DNA of 64,000 nt from Macrostomum lignano (GCA_002269645.1 NIVC01000110.1:248001-312000); one strand, 5' to 3'. Shown: positions 32,346-45,151, counted from the first letter of the stretch. Notes: a model not told the origin generated them from the letters alone. A program made the numbers and translations.

Positions 32346-32609
32346 ACCAGTACAAATGAACTCACTCATGAACTCACTCATGAACTCACTCATGAACTCA
32401 CTCATGAACTCACTCATGAACTCACTCATGAACTCACTCATGAACTCATTCATGAACTCACTCATGAACTCACTCATGAACTCACTCATGAACTCACTCA
32501 TGAACTCACTCATGAACTCACTCCTGAACTCACTCATGAACTCACTCATGAACTCACTCATGAACTCACTCATGAACTCACTCATGAACTCACTCATGAA
32601 CTCACTCAT
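32346..32609. repeat. 12-bp minisatellite (ATGAACTCACTC), left part
   Basis: Directly visible; the array continues at 45152-45590. Confidence 0.95.
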
Positions 32610-33021
32610 AAAGTTGTAGTAAATCAGCTATGCTGCTTGTTTAAAGTGGTTGAAAACTACGAGAGAGCTATCAAAGCTCTGATGTCTGTATTTATATTGT
32701 AAAGCGATGCTACGTGCGCGAGAGTGATGACATAATTTAAGCATACACAATTTGCCCATAACTCAAATAGCAATAACTCAAACCTAACGTGCCAAGCTTG
32801 CGTAGATAATAATAGAGAAAGAAATAATAGGAAAGTACAAATACAAATCAATACTCGTACTGAGTGCAAGCACATACTTGTAGCTACACGACACTTCCTC
32901 CCCACAGGGAGTTAAAACTCGAAAAAAAGCATGGTGATTCAAGATTAGTTTGTGAGTCAAGTCAGTGTCACAAGGTTCAATCACTGCCCGCCTGAAACCT
33001 GGCAGGCGCGAGCCGTATGCG

Positions 33022-35371
33022 TTATGGATATCGGCGCATTGCTCCGGCCTGCTGTCCGGCGACTTCCGTGATCGGAGCAGGAGCAGGTCCAGCAAGAGCA
33101 GCTGTCGGAGCCGCTGCCGAAGTCTCCGAAGTTGAGCTGTCCGGGCCCACCTCAGACGGCGGTGTCGGTTCGGAGATTGACGGTGGTACTCGATCGGGTG
33201 CCGCGACAGCCGGTACTACTGGAGGCTGCTGACGCTGCTCTGGCAGGAGTTGGTCGATGTGGCGCTGGACGATGCCCTCGCCGACCTTGACATCGTAGTT
33301 GCGCTTGCCCGCCGCCATGACGAGGCCGGGCCGCCAGCCGGCATCCTTGCCGAAGGTCTTCACTCGCACGGTGTCACCAACTTCGAAGGACCGGGCTTGG
33401 CGGGGCGTCGAGTCGGTGCTCGCACTCTGACGGTGTCGCATCTGTTCAGTCAGGGACGGTCGCAGGAGGTCCAGCCGGGATCGCAGGCGACGTCCGAATA
33501 GCAGTTCGCTTGGTGAGGCACCGGTGCTCGAATGCGGCGTGATCCGGTAGGCAAACAGGAAGCGCTGCATGGCTTCCGCTGAGTGACCCGACTTCCTGAT
33601 GTGAGATTTCAGCGTCTGCACGAATCTTTCGGCCTGTCCGTTGGTGGCCGGGTGGTAGGGCGCTGAAGTCACGTGCCGGATCCCGTTGCTACGCATGAAG
33701 TCAGCGAACTCACGAGAGGCGAACTGGGGGCCGTTGTCGGAGACGAGAATCCTTGGCAGGCCCAAGTGGCAGAATACGTCACGGAGATGCCCGATGGTCC
33801 CGCCAGCAGACGTGTCGCTGATGAGGCGAACTTCGGGCCATTTGCTGTAGGCGTCGACAATGACTATGTACATTCGACCGTTGACTGGGCCGGCGAAGTC
33901 GACATGCAGGCGGCTCCATGGTTCGTTGGGGAACAGCCAGGGATGCACTGGAGCCTTTGCTGGGTCTGCCTGATGAGCTCTGCAGGTGTCGCACTCTCTC
34001 CCGAGCTGCTCTAGTTCCTTGTCTAGCCCAGGCCACCAGACGAAGCTCCGTGCGAGGGCCTTCATTCGGCTCGCACCGGGATGTGCGAGATGCAGCTCCC
34101 GCAGCACCGACTTGCGCAGGGTGTCCGGGATAACGACGCGAGATCCCATCAGCACACAACCGGCTTCGACTGAAAGCTCTGCTTGACGATGGGCGAAGTC
34201 CGGGAAGTCGTTAGCTGGCAGCTCCTGTCCCGACCGCAGGGCCCACAGCAGCTTTGACAGTGCCGTGTCGGCTTGAGTTGCCTTGGCAATGGCAGCAGCA
34301 GTCACTGCGACGCTCGAATCGTCCTCTAGAGTGAGCGAGTGCACCGCGGCTTCTTCGACGAAGTTGCCCTTGAGCGGCAGGCGGGAGAGGGAATCGCAGT
34401 TTCCGTGCTTCTCGGTCGGCCGGAACTCCATGGAGTACTGGTAGCCCGATAGTCGGATGGCCCACCTCTGCATTCTGGCAGCAGCGCGCGTCGGGATTTC
34501 CTTGTCCGGGCCCAGCAGTCCGAGGAGCGGCCGATGATCCGTCACGATGGTGAAGTGGCGACCGTAAAGAAATTGGTGAAAGCGCTGCACGCCGTAGATG
34601 ATTGCCAGCGCCTCCTTGTCCAGCTGGGAGTAATTGCGCTGGGCTGAAGTCAGAGACTTGCTGGCGAACGCGATCGCTTGGTCTTGGCCGTTCACGCGGT
34701 GGCTGAGCACGACGCAAATGCCGTATGCTGACGCGTCGCACTCCAGCCGAAGAGGCAAGTCCGGGTTGAAGTGCATCAGGGCACCAGAATCCAGCAACAG
34801 CTGCTTTGAAGCACGGAAGGCCTGGTCCTCGGGATCGCCCCACTTCCAAGTTGCGCCCTTGGTAAGCAGGTGGTTGAGAGGTGCTACAACCGACGCCAAG
34901 TTGGGCAGGAACTTTGCATAGTGAGTCAGCATGCCCAGGTAGGAGCGTACCTGACTCACATCGGTCGGCGCCGGCGCACGCTGCACGGCCTCGATCTTGT
35001 CAGCGAGTGGCCGCAAACCGTGACGGTCGATCCGGTGACCCAGGTAGTCGATCGAATCTCTGAAGAAGGCGCACTTGGTCACGTTGATGTGCAGACCGGC
35101 CTCTTGCAGCTTGTGCAGCACTTGCATCAGGTTGGCCTTGTGCGCAGCCAATGTAGAGCCCGTCACCAAGATGTCATCCTGGTAGACTTGAACACCGTCG
35201 AGGTGCCCCACCAGGGTGTCGAGCACGCGCTGGAAGATGGCGCTGGCCGAGCAGATGCCGAAGGGCAAGCGGTTGACTTGAAACAGTCCTCGCTGGGTGT
35301 TGACGACGAGGAACTGCTTGCTATCCTCGGAGATCGGCAGCTGCATAAACGCCTTGGCCAGGTCGAGCTTG
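33022..35371 (-). pseudogene. Element A pol, 3' part (RT YQDD, RNase H, integrase)
   Basis: KLDLAKAFMQL, YQDD, ECDAS, HHCC and DDE (DFAGP / SDNGPQF / NGQAER) motifs; severed from its 5' part by element B. Confidence 0.9.
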
Positions 35372-35989
35372 TGTTGTATCCCCCTTCCTCGCTGGCACGG
35401 CCGGGTTGGGCGACGGGTAGCGGTGTCGGGGTTCGGGTACTGGACTGCCCAGGGCTTACGAGCTCGATCGGCGACCCCGAGGCGTACGGACACTTCGGGG
35501 GGAGGTCAAGGTTGAGAAGTCGAGAGAGAGGGTAGGGGCGGCTGTGGGCGGGCGGCCACTCGACAGCCTGGTGAGTCAAGGAAGAGAGAGAGGGCTGCGG
35601 GCGGTCGGCCACTCGACAGCCTGGTGAGTCAGACTGAGGAGAGAGTGAGAGAGAGAGAGAGAGAGCAGAGGCCCAGCCAATCAGCACGGCTAGCCAAAGG
35701 GCTAAACAGCCAAGGCGAGAGAAAGAGAGCAGAGGCTCAGCCAAAGGGCTCATAGCTCCAGACTGGCTTGAGCCGGGGGGGGGGTAACAATAATCAACTA
35801 CCAAAGTCAACAACTATCAAAGTGCACTTGCACCAAGGGAGCACTGTGACACAGGTCACAACACCCTCCCCCCTAAAAAAAAAAAAACGACGCGCTTTGA
35901 CTGAATGAAAATGAAAAAAAAAATGTAATGAAATGAAACTGAATGAAAGAGACCAAGAGTGTCAGGCAGCGGCCGAGAGCGCAGGACAG

Positions 35990-36335
35990 GGGCCGAGGAT
36001 GTCGGACAGGCCGAGAACACCGGACACGGCCGAGAATGCCGGACTGTGGCCGAAAACGCCGGGCATGGCCGAGAATGCCGGACAGCGACCGAGAATGCCG
36101 GGCAGCGGCCGAGAATGCCGGGCAGCGGCCGAGAATGCCGGACAGCGACCGAGAATGCCGGGCAGCGGCCGAGAATGCCGGGCAGCGGCCGAGAATGCCG
36201 GGCAGCGGCCGAGAACGCCTGGCATGGCCGAGAATGCCGGACAGCGGCCGAGAATGCCGGGCAGCGGCCGAGAATGCCGGGCAGCGACCGAGAACGACTG
36301 GCAGCGGCCGAAAACACCGGGCATGGCCGAGAGTG
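35990..36335. repeat. GC-rich 21-bp array (GCCGGGCAGCGGCCGAGAAT) in the 3' region of element B
   Basis: Directly visible. Confidence 0.9.
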
Positions 36336-36465
36336 TTCCCCGCCCTTCCTTCGGGGCCGCTCCCAGTGCCAAACAGAGGGATCACAACGACGATCAGATG
36401 AGAGATGGGATGAAATGAAGGAGTGAAGGTCTCTTGCCCGCCCTGGCATCCTGCCCCAGAACCCC

Positions 36466-37347
36466 CTAGACCGCCACCTCCGCCGCCCGGCGCAACAACC
36501 CCAACACGCGTCCTCCGTCGATTAGTTCAAACTGAGGGATCGCAACACTCATGACGAACCGAGTGCTTCGCTTGAAGGCAGGCCGCCGCCAGACACGCCG
36601 AGCATGACCCCGACACTTGGCGCTGATGTCACGGAGAATGAACTTGACAGTCTGAGCCAAAAGCTCGGCGATTTCGCGTCGATGATCCAGCCGCTCGCTG
36701 CCGCACAATCCCACCATTTCAGTCAAAAGCCGGAACATCGCAGCTGGACTCCCCGACAACAAAGCGTGCCGAAGCTCCGACCGGATTCGAGCTCTTCGCT
36801 GCGTTGCCTCCCCGCTCCAGGTGTATTCCACCTCGGTACTCGGCTCGCTCCTCATCAGCCACGCTGGCGACTCCCGTTGGTCGATGACGAGCTCCGGTTC
36901 GTCTTCTGACATCGAAGTTTCGCCGTCGAATTCATTCAAGAGCTCTTCTTCCTCTGACTGAGTGATTTCACAGCAGCTCTGAGCAGTCTCCTCGCCGCCG
37001 CAACCACCACGCTCGCTTCCTTCCGACTCCCTGTCCTCGTCTGACTCTTCTGTTTCGTCTTCAATCGTTACGACAAACTCCTCCGGGACGCACATCCCAT
37101 CCGGCGGGACAAAATACCGGGCGCACTCGAGCGGGTTGCTAACGGCATCCTGCCCGAACCGGTCGTACAGCGCTCGTCGAAACGGACACAGCAGGACCGC
37201 ACTCGCATGCTGCAGCCTCTGGAAATTCTCCGTTCCACCGGGTCCACACTTGTCGGGGTGCCGTCGCAGGCTCTCACGGCGGTACGCACGTCGCAGCTCC
37301 TCCTCCGTCGCGAAGGGGCTGACACCAAACTCGGCGTAGAGGTCCAT
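36466..37347 (-). CDS. J-domain (DnaJ-like) accessory ORF of retrotransposon B, 293 aa
   Basis: MDLYAEFGV...EEELRRAYRRESLRRHPDK...FQRLQHASAVL...RRALYDRFG (HPD motif); acidic linker; helical C-terminus; lies between integrase and the 3' LTR on the sense strand. Confidence 0.85.
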   Translation of the reverse strand: MDLYAEFGVSPFATEEELRRAYRRESLRRHPDKCGPGGTENFQRLQHASAVLLCPFRRALYDRFGQDAVSNPLECARYFVPPDGMCVPEEFVVTIEDETEESDEDRESEGSERGGCGGEETAQSCCEITQSEEEELLNEFDGETSMSEDEPELVIDQRESPAWLMRSEPSTEVEYTWSGEATQRRARIRSELRHALLSGSPAAMFRLLTEMVGLCGSERLDHRREIAELLAQTVKFILRDISAKCRGHARRVWRRPAFKRSTRFVMSVAIPQFELIDGGRVLGLLRRAAEVAV

Positions 37348-37544
37348 GCCCGGAAAGCAGTGCCTGCAACAACCACGACTCACTTTTGAGAGCAGGGCAA
37401 TGGTTCCTTCGAGCCTCTTTGGGGCGCCGATCCTTCATCCCTGATGGCAGGGTTGGGCAGGTGGGACCTCCACTGACGGGCCTTAAGAGGGGAAATATAT
37501 ATTTTTGTTTGTGAAGCAGAGGCAATAACACGAGCCCAGTTTTC

Positions 37545-37745
37545 AATAACGCGGGTGATGACGCAGACGATGCTTCGAACCAAATGTTGATGACGCAGGT
37601 GATGACGCGGATGATGCTTCGAACCAATTATTTATGACACAGGCGATGACGCGGATGATGCTTCGAACCAATTATTTATGACGCAGGAGATGACGCGAAT
37701 GATGCTTCGACCCAATTATTTATGACGCAGGAGATGACGCGACAT
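37545..37745 (-). promoter_or_regulatory. ~44-bp tandem repeats rich in ATGACGC (CRE/ATF half-sites) upstream of the J-domain ORF
   Basis: Repeated TGACG motifs and a TATATAT at ~37495-37501; promoter function is inferred. Confidence 0.4.
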
Positions 37746-37768
37746 TGCGCACGCACTCACGTCCGCTC

Positions 37769-40700
37769 TTAATAATACACGGGCGTTCCATAACGCTGCG
37801 GAACCCTTCGATCCCTCTGGGGTCGACCTTCGATGACTTCAACTGGCGCTTCCGGCTGCGGCTGCACTCCTGGCTGCTGCACATCCATTGGTTCTCCCTC
37901 CTCTCGAACCCGCCCGGAATGTCGCCACCATCGCTCCCCATCCTCATCGTCTGATTCCTGCGAGTCCTCCCTGACGGATTCCGTCTCTTGAGCAGGACCT
38001 GGGTGGTACCTCCTTGGTGCAGGACGCCGAGGGCCACCGGTGCCGTCGACCGGGTACTTCCGGTACCGAGGCAGGAGGTTGTTAAAGTGCACCACTTTGA
38101 TCGGCTTCCGTCGACCTTCCTGTCGAATCCTATAGCGCGTCTCCGACAGCTTCTCGAGAACTACGGCAGGTCCGGTCCAGGGTGAGTGGAGCTTCGCTTT
38201 GGCACCGGCCTTCAACACGGGGTTGTAGACGAACACCTCGTCGCCAGCCACGAATTCTCGACCCTTCACCTTCCGGTCGTACCAGTCTTTCTGCACTCGT
38301 TGATATGACGTTATTCTCTCACGCACCACCCGATGGGCTTCCACGAGCGTCTCCCGCAGGTTCTGGACTTCCTCGCAGTACGGTTCGATGTCCAGTGGGC
38401 GCGCCACTCCCAAGTCAACTGGCAGAGACATCTCGCGACCATGCAGAAGGAAGAAGGGTGAGTAGCCGGTGCCGCGGTGCACACTGGAGCGATACGCCAT
38501 GAGCGCCGGGGCAACGAATTCGTCCCACCGCCTCTGATCCGGCTCCTTCACCAGGTGCGCCCGGATCACTGCAGTCAGCGTCTTATTGAAGCTTTCCACT
38601 TGGCCGTTTCCAGAGGGGTGATAGGCGGTCGTACGCGTCTTTCGGATATTCAGACTTTCGCACAGCTGGCCGATCAATTGCGACTCGAAATTGGCTCCCT
38701 GATCCGAGTGGATTGTCCCTGGGGCTCCGTAGTGACAGACCCACTCCTCGAGCATTGCCCTTGCACAGGTGCTGGCCGTCTGATCTGGCACCGGTAGTGC
38801 CACTGGCCACTTACTGAACGCGTCCTGCATCGTCAGTATGTATTTGTTGCCTCGGACGCTGGTTGGCAGTGGTCCAATCAAATCCACCATCACTCTTTCA
38901 AACACATGGCTGCTGGGGATCGGCTCCAATGGGGCCTTCCGCCGCATCCCGGGCTTGCTCCGGTTACAGTCGTCACACCTTCGCACAAACTCCTCGACCT
39001 CTCGCTTCAAGCCGGGTCTCCAGAATCGGTTCCTGACTTTCTCCAGAGTCTTTGCTACGCCGAAGTGTCCACCTCCTGGTCCAGAGTGCAGCGTCTGCAG
39101 AGCGTCGGGGATCATTTCTTCGGGAGAACAGCCCGCGGTGGGTGACGTCCCAGATCCTTGATGACGAGGGTGTTGTCCACAATTTCCAGCCGAGGCTTTT
39201 GTGCCCAGATGGCTCGGGTCGTTGGTGACGCACCCCGAGGTGGCTCTTCGTTTGCTCGGCCGGCGTGCATCGACTGGTAAACTGGAGCGATGTCGTTGTC
39301 CACAGCTTGTGCTGCTGCCAGCTCATCTCGGCTGAGCAACCCGAGCAGCGTCGTTACCCTGACCCCGGGGAGGTCATCAGTCCGGCACGACGGGCAGTTA
39401 TCCATTTCGGGATGTCGTCGCGGCGGCTTGCGTGACAGCGCGTCCGCATTCTGATGACGCGCCCCTGGCCGATGCTCCACTGCGAAGTCGAATGGCGCCA
39501 ACCTCTCCATCCACCGAGCCAACTGGCCTTCCGGCTGCCTCATACTTCGGAGCCACTGCAGACTTGCGTGGTCGGTGCGCACCCGGAACCTCCGGCCAAG
39601 TAGATAGTACCGGAACCTCTCTGCGAATGTCACCAGCGCCAGGAGCTCGATTCGTGTCGTGCAATAGTTGAATTCGGCCCCTTGCAGACGCCGACTCCCG
39701 TACGCAATAACCCGCTCTGACCCGTCTTCTTGTACCTGCGACAAGACTGCTCCGAGACCCTGTCGGGTACTTCCATCGGTATCCAAGATGAACTCACCAG
39801 CCGTGGGGTCGAAGTTCGGGTAGGCCATCACGCGGCAACCGGTCAATTCTTCTTTCAGCTTTTTGAAGGCCTCATCGTGTTCCTCTCTCCAACTGAACGG
39901 CTTGTCTTTCTTTGTCAGATCAAAAAGTGGTGCAGCGACTATCGAGAATTCTGGTATGAAGTTTCGGTAGTAACCAGCCAGACCCAGGAACGACTGAAGG
40001 TCTTTTGCATTTCTTGGAATGCTCCAGTCACGGACTTCCTTGATCTTCTCCGGGTCGACATCGATTCCGTCCTTGACACGACGTGGCCAAGGAATTTGAC
40101 CTCATCGGCCAGGAATCTGCACTTAGATGGCTTTAGCCTCAAGTTGGCTGCGCGCAGGCGCTGGAATACCGCCTCGAGATTCGTTAGATGCTCGCTGACA
40201 GTTCGGGACCAAATGATGATATCGTCGATGTAGACGAGCGCCATTTCCACAGAAGGTCGTGTAGTACCATATTCATCAACCTTGTGAATGTCGCCGGCGC
40301 ATTGGTCAATCCGAAAGGCAGCACCTTAAACGCGAATTGCCCCCGATGCGGAATGACAAAAGCAGTCTTTTCTTGATCCTCCCTTTTGACCTTAACTTGC
40401 CAATAGCCGGAGCAAAGGTCGAGCGTCGAAAATACAGCCGCACCTCCGAGCGCTTCAAGTGCGTCATCGACACGCGGGATTGCTATGGCGTCCTTGACAG
40501 TTCGTTGATTCAACTCTCTGTAGTCGACACACAGTCGCAGTTCCCCATTCTTTTTACGGACACAGACCACTGGCGAACTCCACGGCGATTGGGTCGGTTC
40601 AATCATCTTCGTTGCCAAAAGCTCGTCGATTTGTCGGTCGACTTCGCCGCGCCAATGTGGCGGTAGCCGTCGCGGAGGCTGTTTTACGGCTGTTCCGGTG

Positions 40701-41600
40701 GTCTCAATTTCATGCTGCACGATGTCCGTCGTCCCGAGGCGCGCTGTACTCTCTGCGAAAACATCTGCGTATCGATTCACCAATCTTAGGAAACTCGCTT
40801 TGTCTGCCCCCGTGAGCTGCTTGGAGCCGTGCTGGTTCAGTGCCGCCTCTGGGTCCCATGGATCGCAGCTGGGTCGTAAAACCGACGCTTGCTCTTCGAT
40901 GCTGGCTACCAGAACCTCTTGAGCCGGATCTGATGGTCGAAACCAGCCGATGACAGCTCCCTTCCGCAGCCGCAGCTCGGAGTCCGTGACATTCGCGAAG
41001 TGAACTGGTAGGGTGTTGCCCTGCTGGATGAGGCAGACGCTCCTGGCTAGCATTGGTCTCTCATCGCTCTTCAGTTTTTCGTCTGGTTCGGCGACGCCGA
41101 GCACTCCGGAATTCTGTGTCGCTGTTCTCCGAATCCTGGCTGAGACGGTCCGTTCGTGATTGGCCGGAATGATCAAGTTTTCGTTCAGGTACAACCGGCA
41201 GACGACTGGTTTGTGCTTGGTCTCTCGGATTGGCACACGTGAACCGTTCACGCGGAAAACTCCTCCGGCGAAATCGATTTGGCACCGGTGGCGGCGTAAG
41301 AAGTCGGTGCCTAGCAACAGTTCGTAGCCGACCCCTTGGACCACCGCAATTGGCGTCTGTAAAGTTTCTGATCCGAACTGTAGGGGAAGCGACGCGCATC
41401 CTAACACATTCATGGGAGTTCCGTTCGCTGAGATCAGGTGGGTTTCCGAAGGGCTGAGTTCAACTCGACCGACTTGCTCAACTGCCGCCAGGTCCTCTCG
41501 TTCACCAGCGACATGACCGAGCCCGAATCCAACAGACACGGCAACTCAATCTCGCCAATTTTTACCGACACGTAGATTGACACGGGATTAAAAGCTGTTG
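37769..41600 (-). pseudogene. Element B pol (PR, RT YIDD, RNase H, integrase) with frameshifts
   Basis: Fragments 40184-41539, 39939-40250, 39112-39846 and 37769-39115 carry successive domains; DDE motifs DLIGP / HSDQG / NGQVE. Confidence 0.9.
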
Positions 41601-41687
41601 CAGGTTGATCTCTATCTCTTGAGCAGTCCGCCGGACATCCTGCTGCACGTCGCTCCGGGGCTGCATCTTCGTCTCGGGTTGGGGCCT

Positions 41688-42669
41688 CTACTGTCTCGGC
41701 GGAACTCCCTCGCCCCTGCGGAAGTTCCCCTTGCCGTTTCCCTGTTGCTGACGGGTTGGGCAGTTAGTCGCGATGTGCCCTGGCTTGTTGCAGAAGAAGC
41801 AGCGAATTCCTCCCGTTCGTCGAGGCTTCTGATGGTCGCCTTCGTCGGAGTCGGTCGGTCGAGCTGCGGCGCTGCTATGCGGTTCCGCTCTCAGCGACTC
41901 GAGCTGAACCACTTTGCCTTGAAGCTGCCTCACCAGTTTCTTCAACTCCTCGAGCTCTTTGTCCTTTTCTTGGGAGTAGGCTCCATCCTCCCGAGGCACA
42001 GATTCCGCCGCGCCGCTCACCACGAAGACTCCTCGGTGGCCGCTGCCAGTTGCTCCAGCCGATCTCGGTCCCTTCGCCGCCTTGGACGCCGCCTCGAGCT
42101 GCCTCACCGCGCGTTGTGCTGCCACCAGACCTTCGGGCTGCTGCAGGTAGAGCTTCTCTCGCTGGAGGTCGGAGAGTCTCACCCCTTGCATGAAGCGATC
42201 CTTCGCGAGGTCGTCCTGCAGCTCGGCAGTTGCCGCCGGGTAGGCACAGCGCACCAGTTCAAGGAGAGCATCTGCGTAGGCCTCCAACGACTCGCCATCC
42301 TTCTGATCTCGGTTTTTTAGCTCGACCTTGCTGTCCTGCTCTGTCCGGTACCGGGAGAAGCGAGCCTCCAACCGGGCGGTGAATCCCTCGTAGTCCAGCG
42401 GATCCACCAGGATCGTCGGGTCCCGGCAGGTTCAGATTATCGACCGCAGCGTACGCCGTAGCGAGATCCAGCATGCTCATCAAGTGCTCGCGGCGATGTT
42501 CCTCGTCAATCTCGGCGGAGTCGCAATAAGCGTTGAAAGAGCGCAGCCAGAGTCGAAAATTCATGCTTGACGTGTACTTCACGGGCTTCGGGAGTCTCGG
42601 TGGCTGGGCTGGTCCATCCGCTCGCAGACGCTCGGCTAGCAGCCGAATCAGTTCGTCCACATTCGCCAT
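41688..42669 (-). pseudogene. Element B gag (one frameshift; CCHC knuckle CFFCNKPGHIATNC)
   Basis: ORFs 42259-42669 and 41688-42407. Confidence 0.85.
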
Positions 42670-43312
42670 GACAGCTCACAAGCAAACTGAGCAGTCCCTG
42701 TTCGGGCGCCAATGTTGTATCCCCCTTCCTCGCTGGCACGGCCGGGTTGGGCGACGGGTAGCGGTGTCGGGGTTCGGGTACTGGACTGCCCAGGGCTTAC
42801 GAGCTCGATCGGCGACCCCGAGGCGTACGGACACTTCGGGGGGAGGTCAAGGTTGAGAAGTCGAGAGAGAGGGGAGGGGCGGCTGTGGGCGGGCGGCCAC
42901 TCGACAGCCTGGTGAGTCAAGGAAGAGAGAGAGGGCTGTGGGCGGGCGGCCACTCGACAGCCTGGTGAGTCAAGGAAAAGAGAGAGGGCTGTGGGCGGGC
43001 GGCCACTCGACAGCCTGGTGAGTCAAGGAAGAGAGAGAGGGCTGCGGGCGGTCGGCCACTCGACAGCCTGGTGAGTCAGACTGAGGAGAGAGTGAGAGAG
43101 AGAGAGAGAGCAGAGGCCCAGCCAATCAGCACGGCTAGCCAAAGGGCTAAACAGCCAAGGCGAGAGAAAGAGAGCAGAGGCTCAGCCAAAGGGCTCATAG
43201 CTCCAGACTGGCTTGAGCCGGGGGGGGGGTAACAATAATCAACTACCAAAGTCAACAACTATCAAAGTGCACTTGCACCAGGGGAGCACTGTGACACAGG
43301 TCACAACACTTG

Positions 43313-44874
43313 CTTCACTTGTAGCCGCCGCCCAGCCGTGCGAACAGGTCCTCGATCCTCGGCAATGGATAGTGCTCCTGCTTGGCCACGCGGTTGAAGG
43401 TGCATTTGTAGTCTCCGCATATGCGCACCGAGCCATCCTTCTTAACGACCGGAACAATCGGCGCCGCCCAGTCGGAGGTGGTGATTGGAGTGATGACGCC
43501 CTCTGCTTCCATTAGCTGCAGCTCCTTGTCTACGCTGTCACGCAGGGCGTAAGGTACTGGCCGGGCCTTGTAGAAACGGGGCGTGGCGCTGTCCTGGACG
43601 TGCAACTTCACCTCCCCCAGTCGGTACTTGCCCAGGTTGTCCGCGAAGACGTCTGGAAACTGCTGAATTATTTCTGCAGCGATGTCGTTGGGGTTCTCCG
43701 CTACGGCGTTGACTGGAGCAGTCAAGCGGGGCCAGTCCAGTCGGATGGCCATCAGCCAGTTGCGGCCAAGGAGCCGAGCGCCGCCTTCGGACACGATGAG
43801 CAGTGGCAGCGCATAGGACTGTCCCTCATAGTTGATACTGACAGTCACCTCGCCGAGCGGGCAAAACTCCTGGTCAGTGTAGGTACGCAGTGTGGTCCTC
43901 GATGGGCGCAGCGGTAGGTGGCTGAGATGCTGGTCGTAGAAGGACTTTGGTGCCAAGCTGACAGCTGATCCGGTGTCCAGCTCAAACTGCGTCAGCGTCT
44001 TTTCCACCTGCAGAGGCACCATGATGGCCGACCGGGAGGCGCTCGATACGTGGAAGATGGGCTCCTCCTCCTGTTCGTCCTCTGTGGCGGAGTCAGACTC
44101 GTCTACCATCTTGATGGAAGCATTGGATGAACGGCAGACCTTCTTGAGATGACCGAGCCTGCCGCAGCCGTGGCACTTGGCGCTGCGATGCCTGCAGGTC
44201 TGTCGCGAATGAGAGCCTCCGCAGCTGTCGCAACGGTTAGTCTAGGGCGATGCCGCGCCGGCAGATGGTCTCATCGAGTTGGCTTGCCTGCTGCTGGGGC
44301 GTGCGGTTGCAGCTGGTTGAGCCGTGACTCGGTGTGTAGACGACGGTAGCGACATTTCGTTTGAAGATCTCTGCGAAGTCTCCAAGGAAATAGCCAGGGT
44401 GGTCAGCGCCTCGTAGGAGTTGTTCGCACTCTCCAACAACTTGGAGCGCATTGCATCGCTACTTATGCCAAATACCAGCTGATCACGAAGTCGCTCATTC
44501 AGTGTTGAGCCGAAATTGCAGTGCACCGCCGCAGACTTGAGACCTGCCAGGAAGACTGTGAACGATTCGCCTTCTTGCTGCATCCTGCGCTGAAACTTGA
44601 ATCTGGCAGCAATCTCGGAAGGAGCAGGTGAGCAGTGGTTCTTTAGGACGTCTCTAAGTTGCTCGAATGTCTTAGTGGTCAGCTTGTCCGGATGGCACAG
44701 GTCCCGAAGCAGTTTGTAGTGTTTCTCTCCAATGGCAGTGAGAAATGTAGCGCGCTTGGCCTCGGTGGACTCGACCTTGTTGCAGATGAAATACTGCTCC
44801 ATTCTCTCCGCGTAAACCTCGAAGTCGGAGTCTTGTGTGAGCTCCGGAATCCGTCCATTTGAACTCGTCGCCAT
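43313..44874 (-). pseudogene. Element A gag-protease-RT 5' part with two in-frame stops
   Basis: TAG at 44242-44 and TGA at 43315-17 in one frame; LDTGS protease motif; WAAPIV...DYK RT start. Confidence 0.88.
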
Positions 44875-45151
44875 TGTAGTAAATCAGCTATGCTGCTTGT
44901 TTAAAGTGGTTGAAAACTACGAGAGAGCTATCAAAGCTCTGATGTCTGTATTTATATTGTAAAGCGATGCTACGTGCGCGAGAGTGATGACATAATTTAA
45001 GCGTACACAATTTGCCCATAACTCAAATAGCAATAACTCAAACCTAACGTGCCAAGCTTGCGTAGATAATAATAGAGAAAGAAATAATAGGAAAGTACAA
45101 ATACAAATCAATACTCGTACTGAGTGCAAGCACATACTTGTAGCTACACAA

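Larger units (their letters stand above)
35372..43308 (-). mobile_element. Ty3/gypsy LTR retrotransposon B nested in RT of element A; LTRs 35372-35863 and 42713-43308
   Basis: TG..CA LTRs; 4-bp TSD CTTG (35368-71 and 43309-12); 18-nt tRNA-Lys(UUU) PBS at 42694-42711; PPT AGGGGGGAGGG next to the 3' LTR. Confidence 0.95.
32615..45148 (-). mobile_element. Ty3/gypsy (Mag-clade-like) LTR retrotransposon A; LTRs 32615-32888 and 44875-45148
   Basis: 274-bp TG..CA LTRs with one visible mismatch; PBS TGGCGACGAG (tRNA-Ser-like) overlapping the gag ATG; PPT-like tract; single gag-pol frame with two CCHC knuckles; PR-RT-RH-IN order. Confidence 0.93.

Noticed and set aside
32605-32614. TSD for LTR element A
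   Set aside because: Left flank AAAGT versus right flank CAAAAGT is offset by 2 nt, and the repetitive target makes the match uninformative
36466-37347. LxCxE Rb-binding motif in the J-domain protein (T-antigen analogy)
   Set aside because: Only near-misses (LECAR, QSCCE); no true motif
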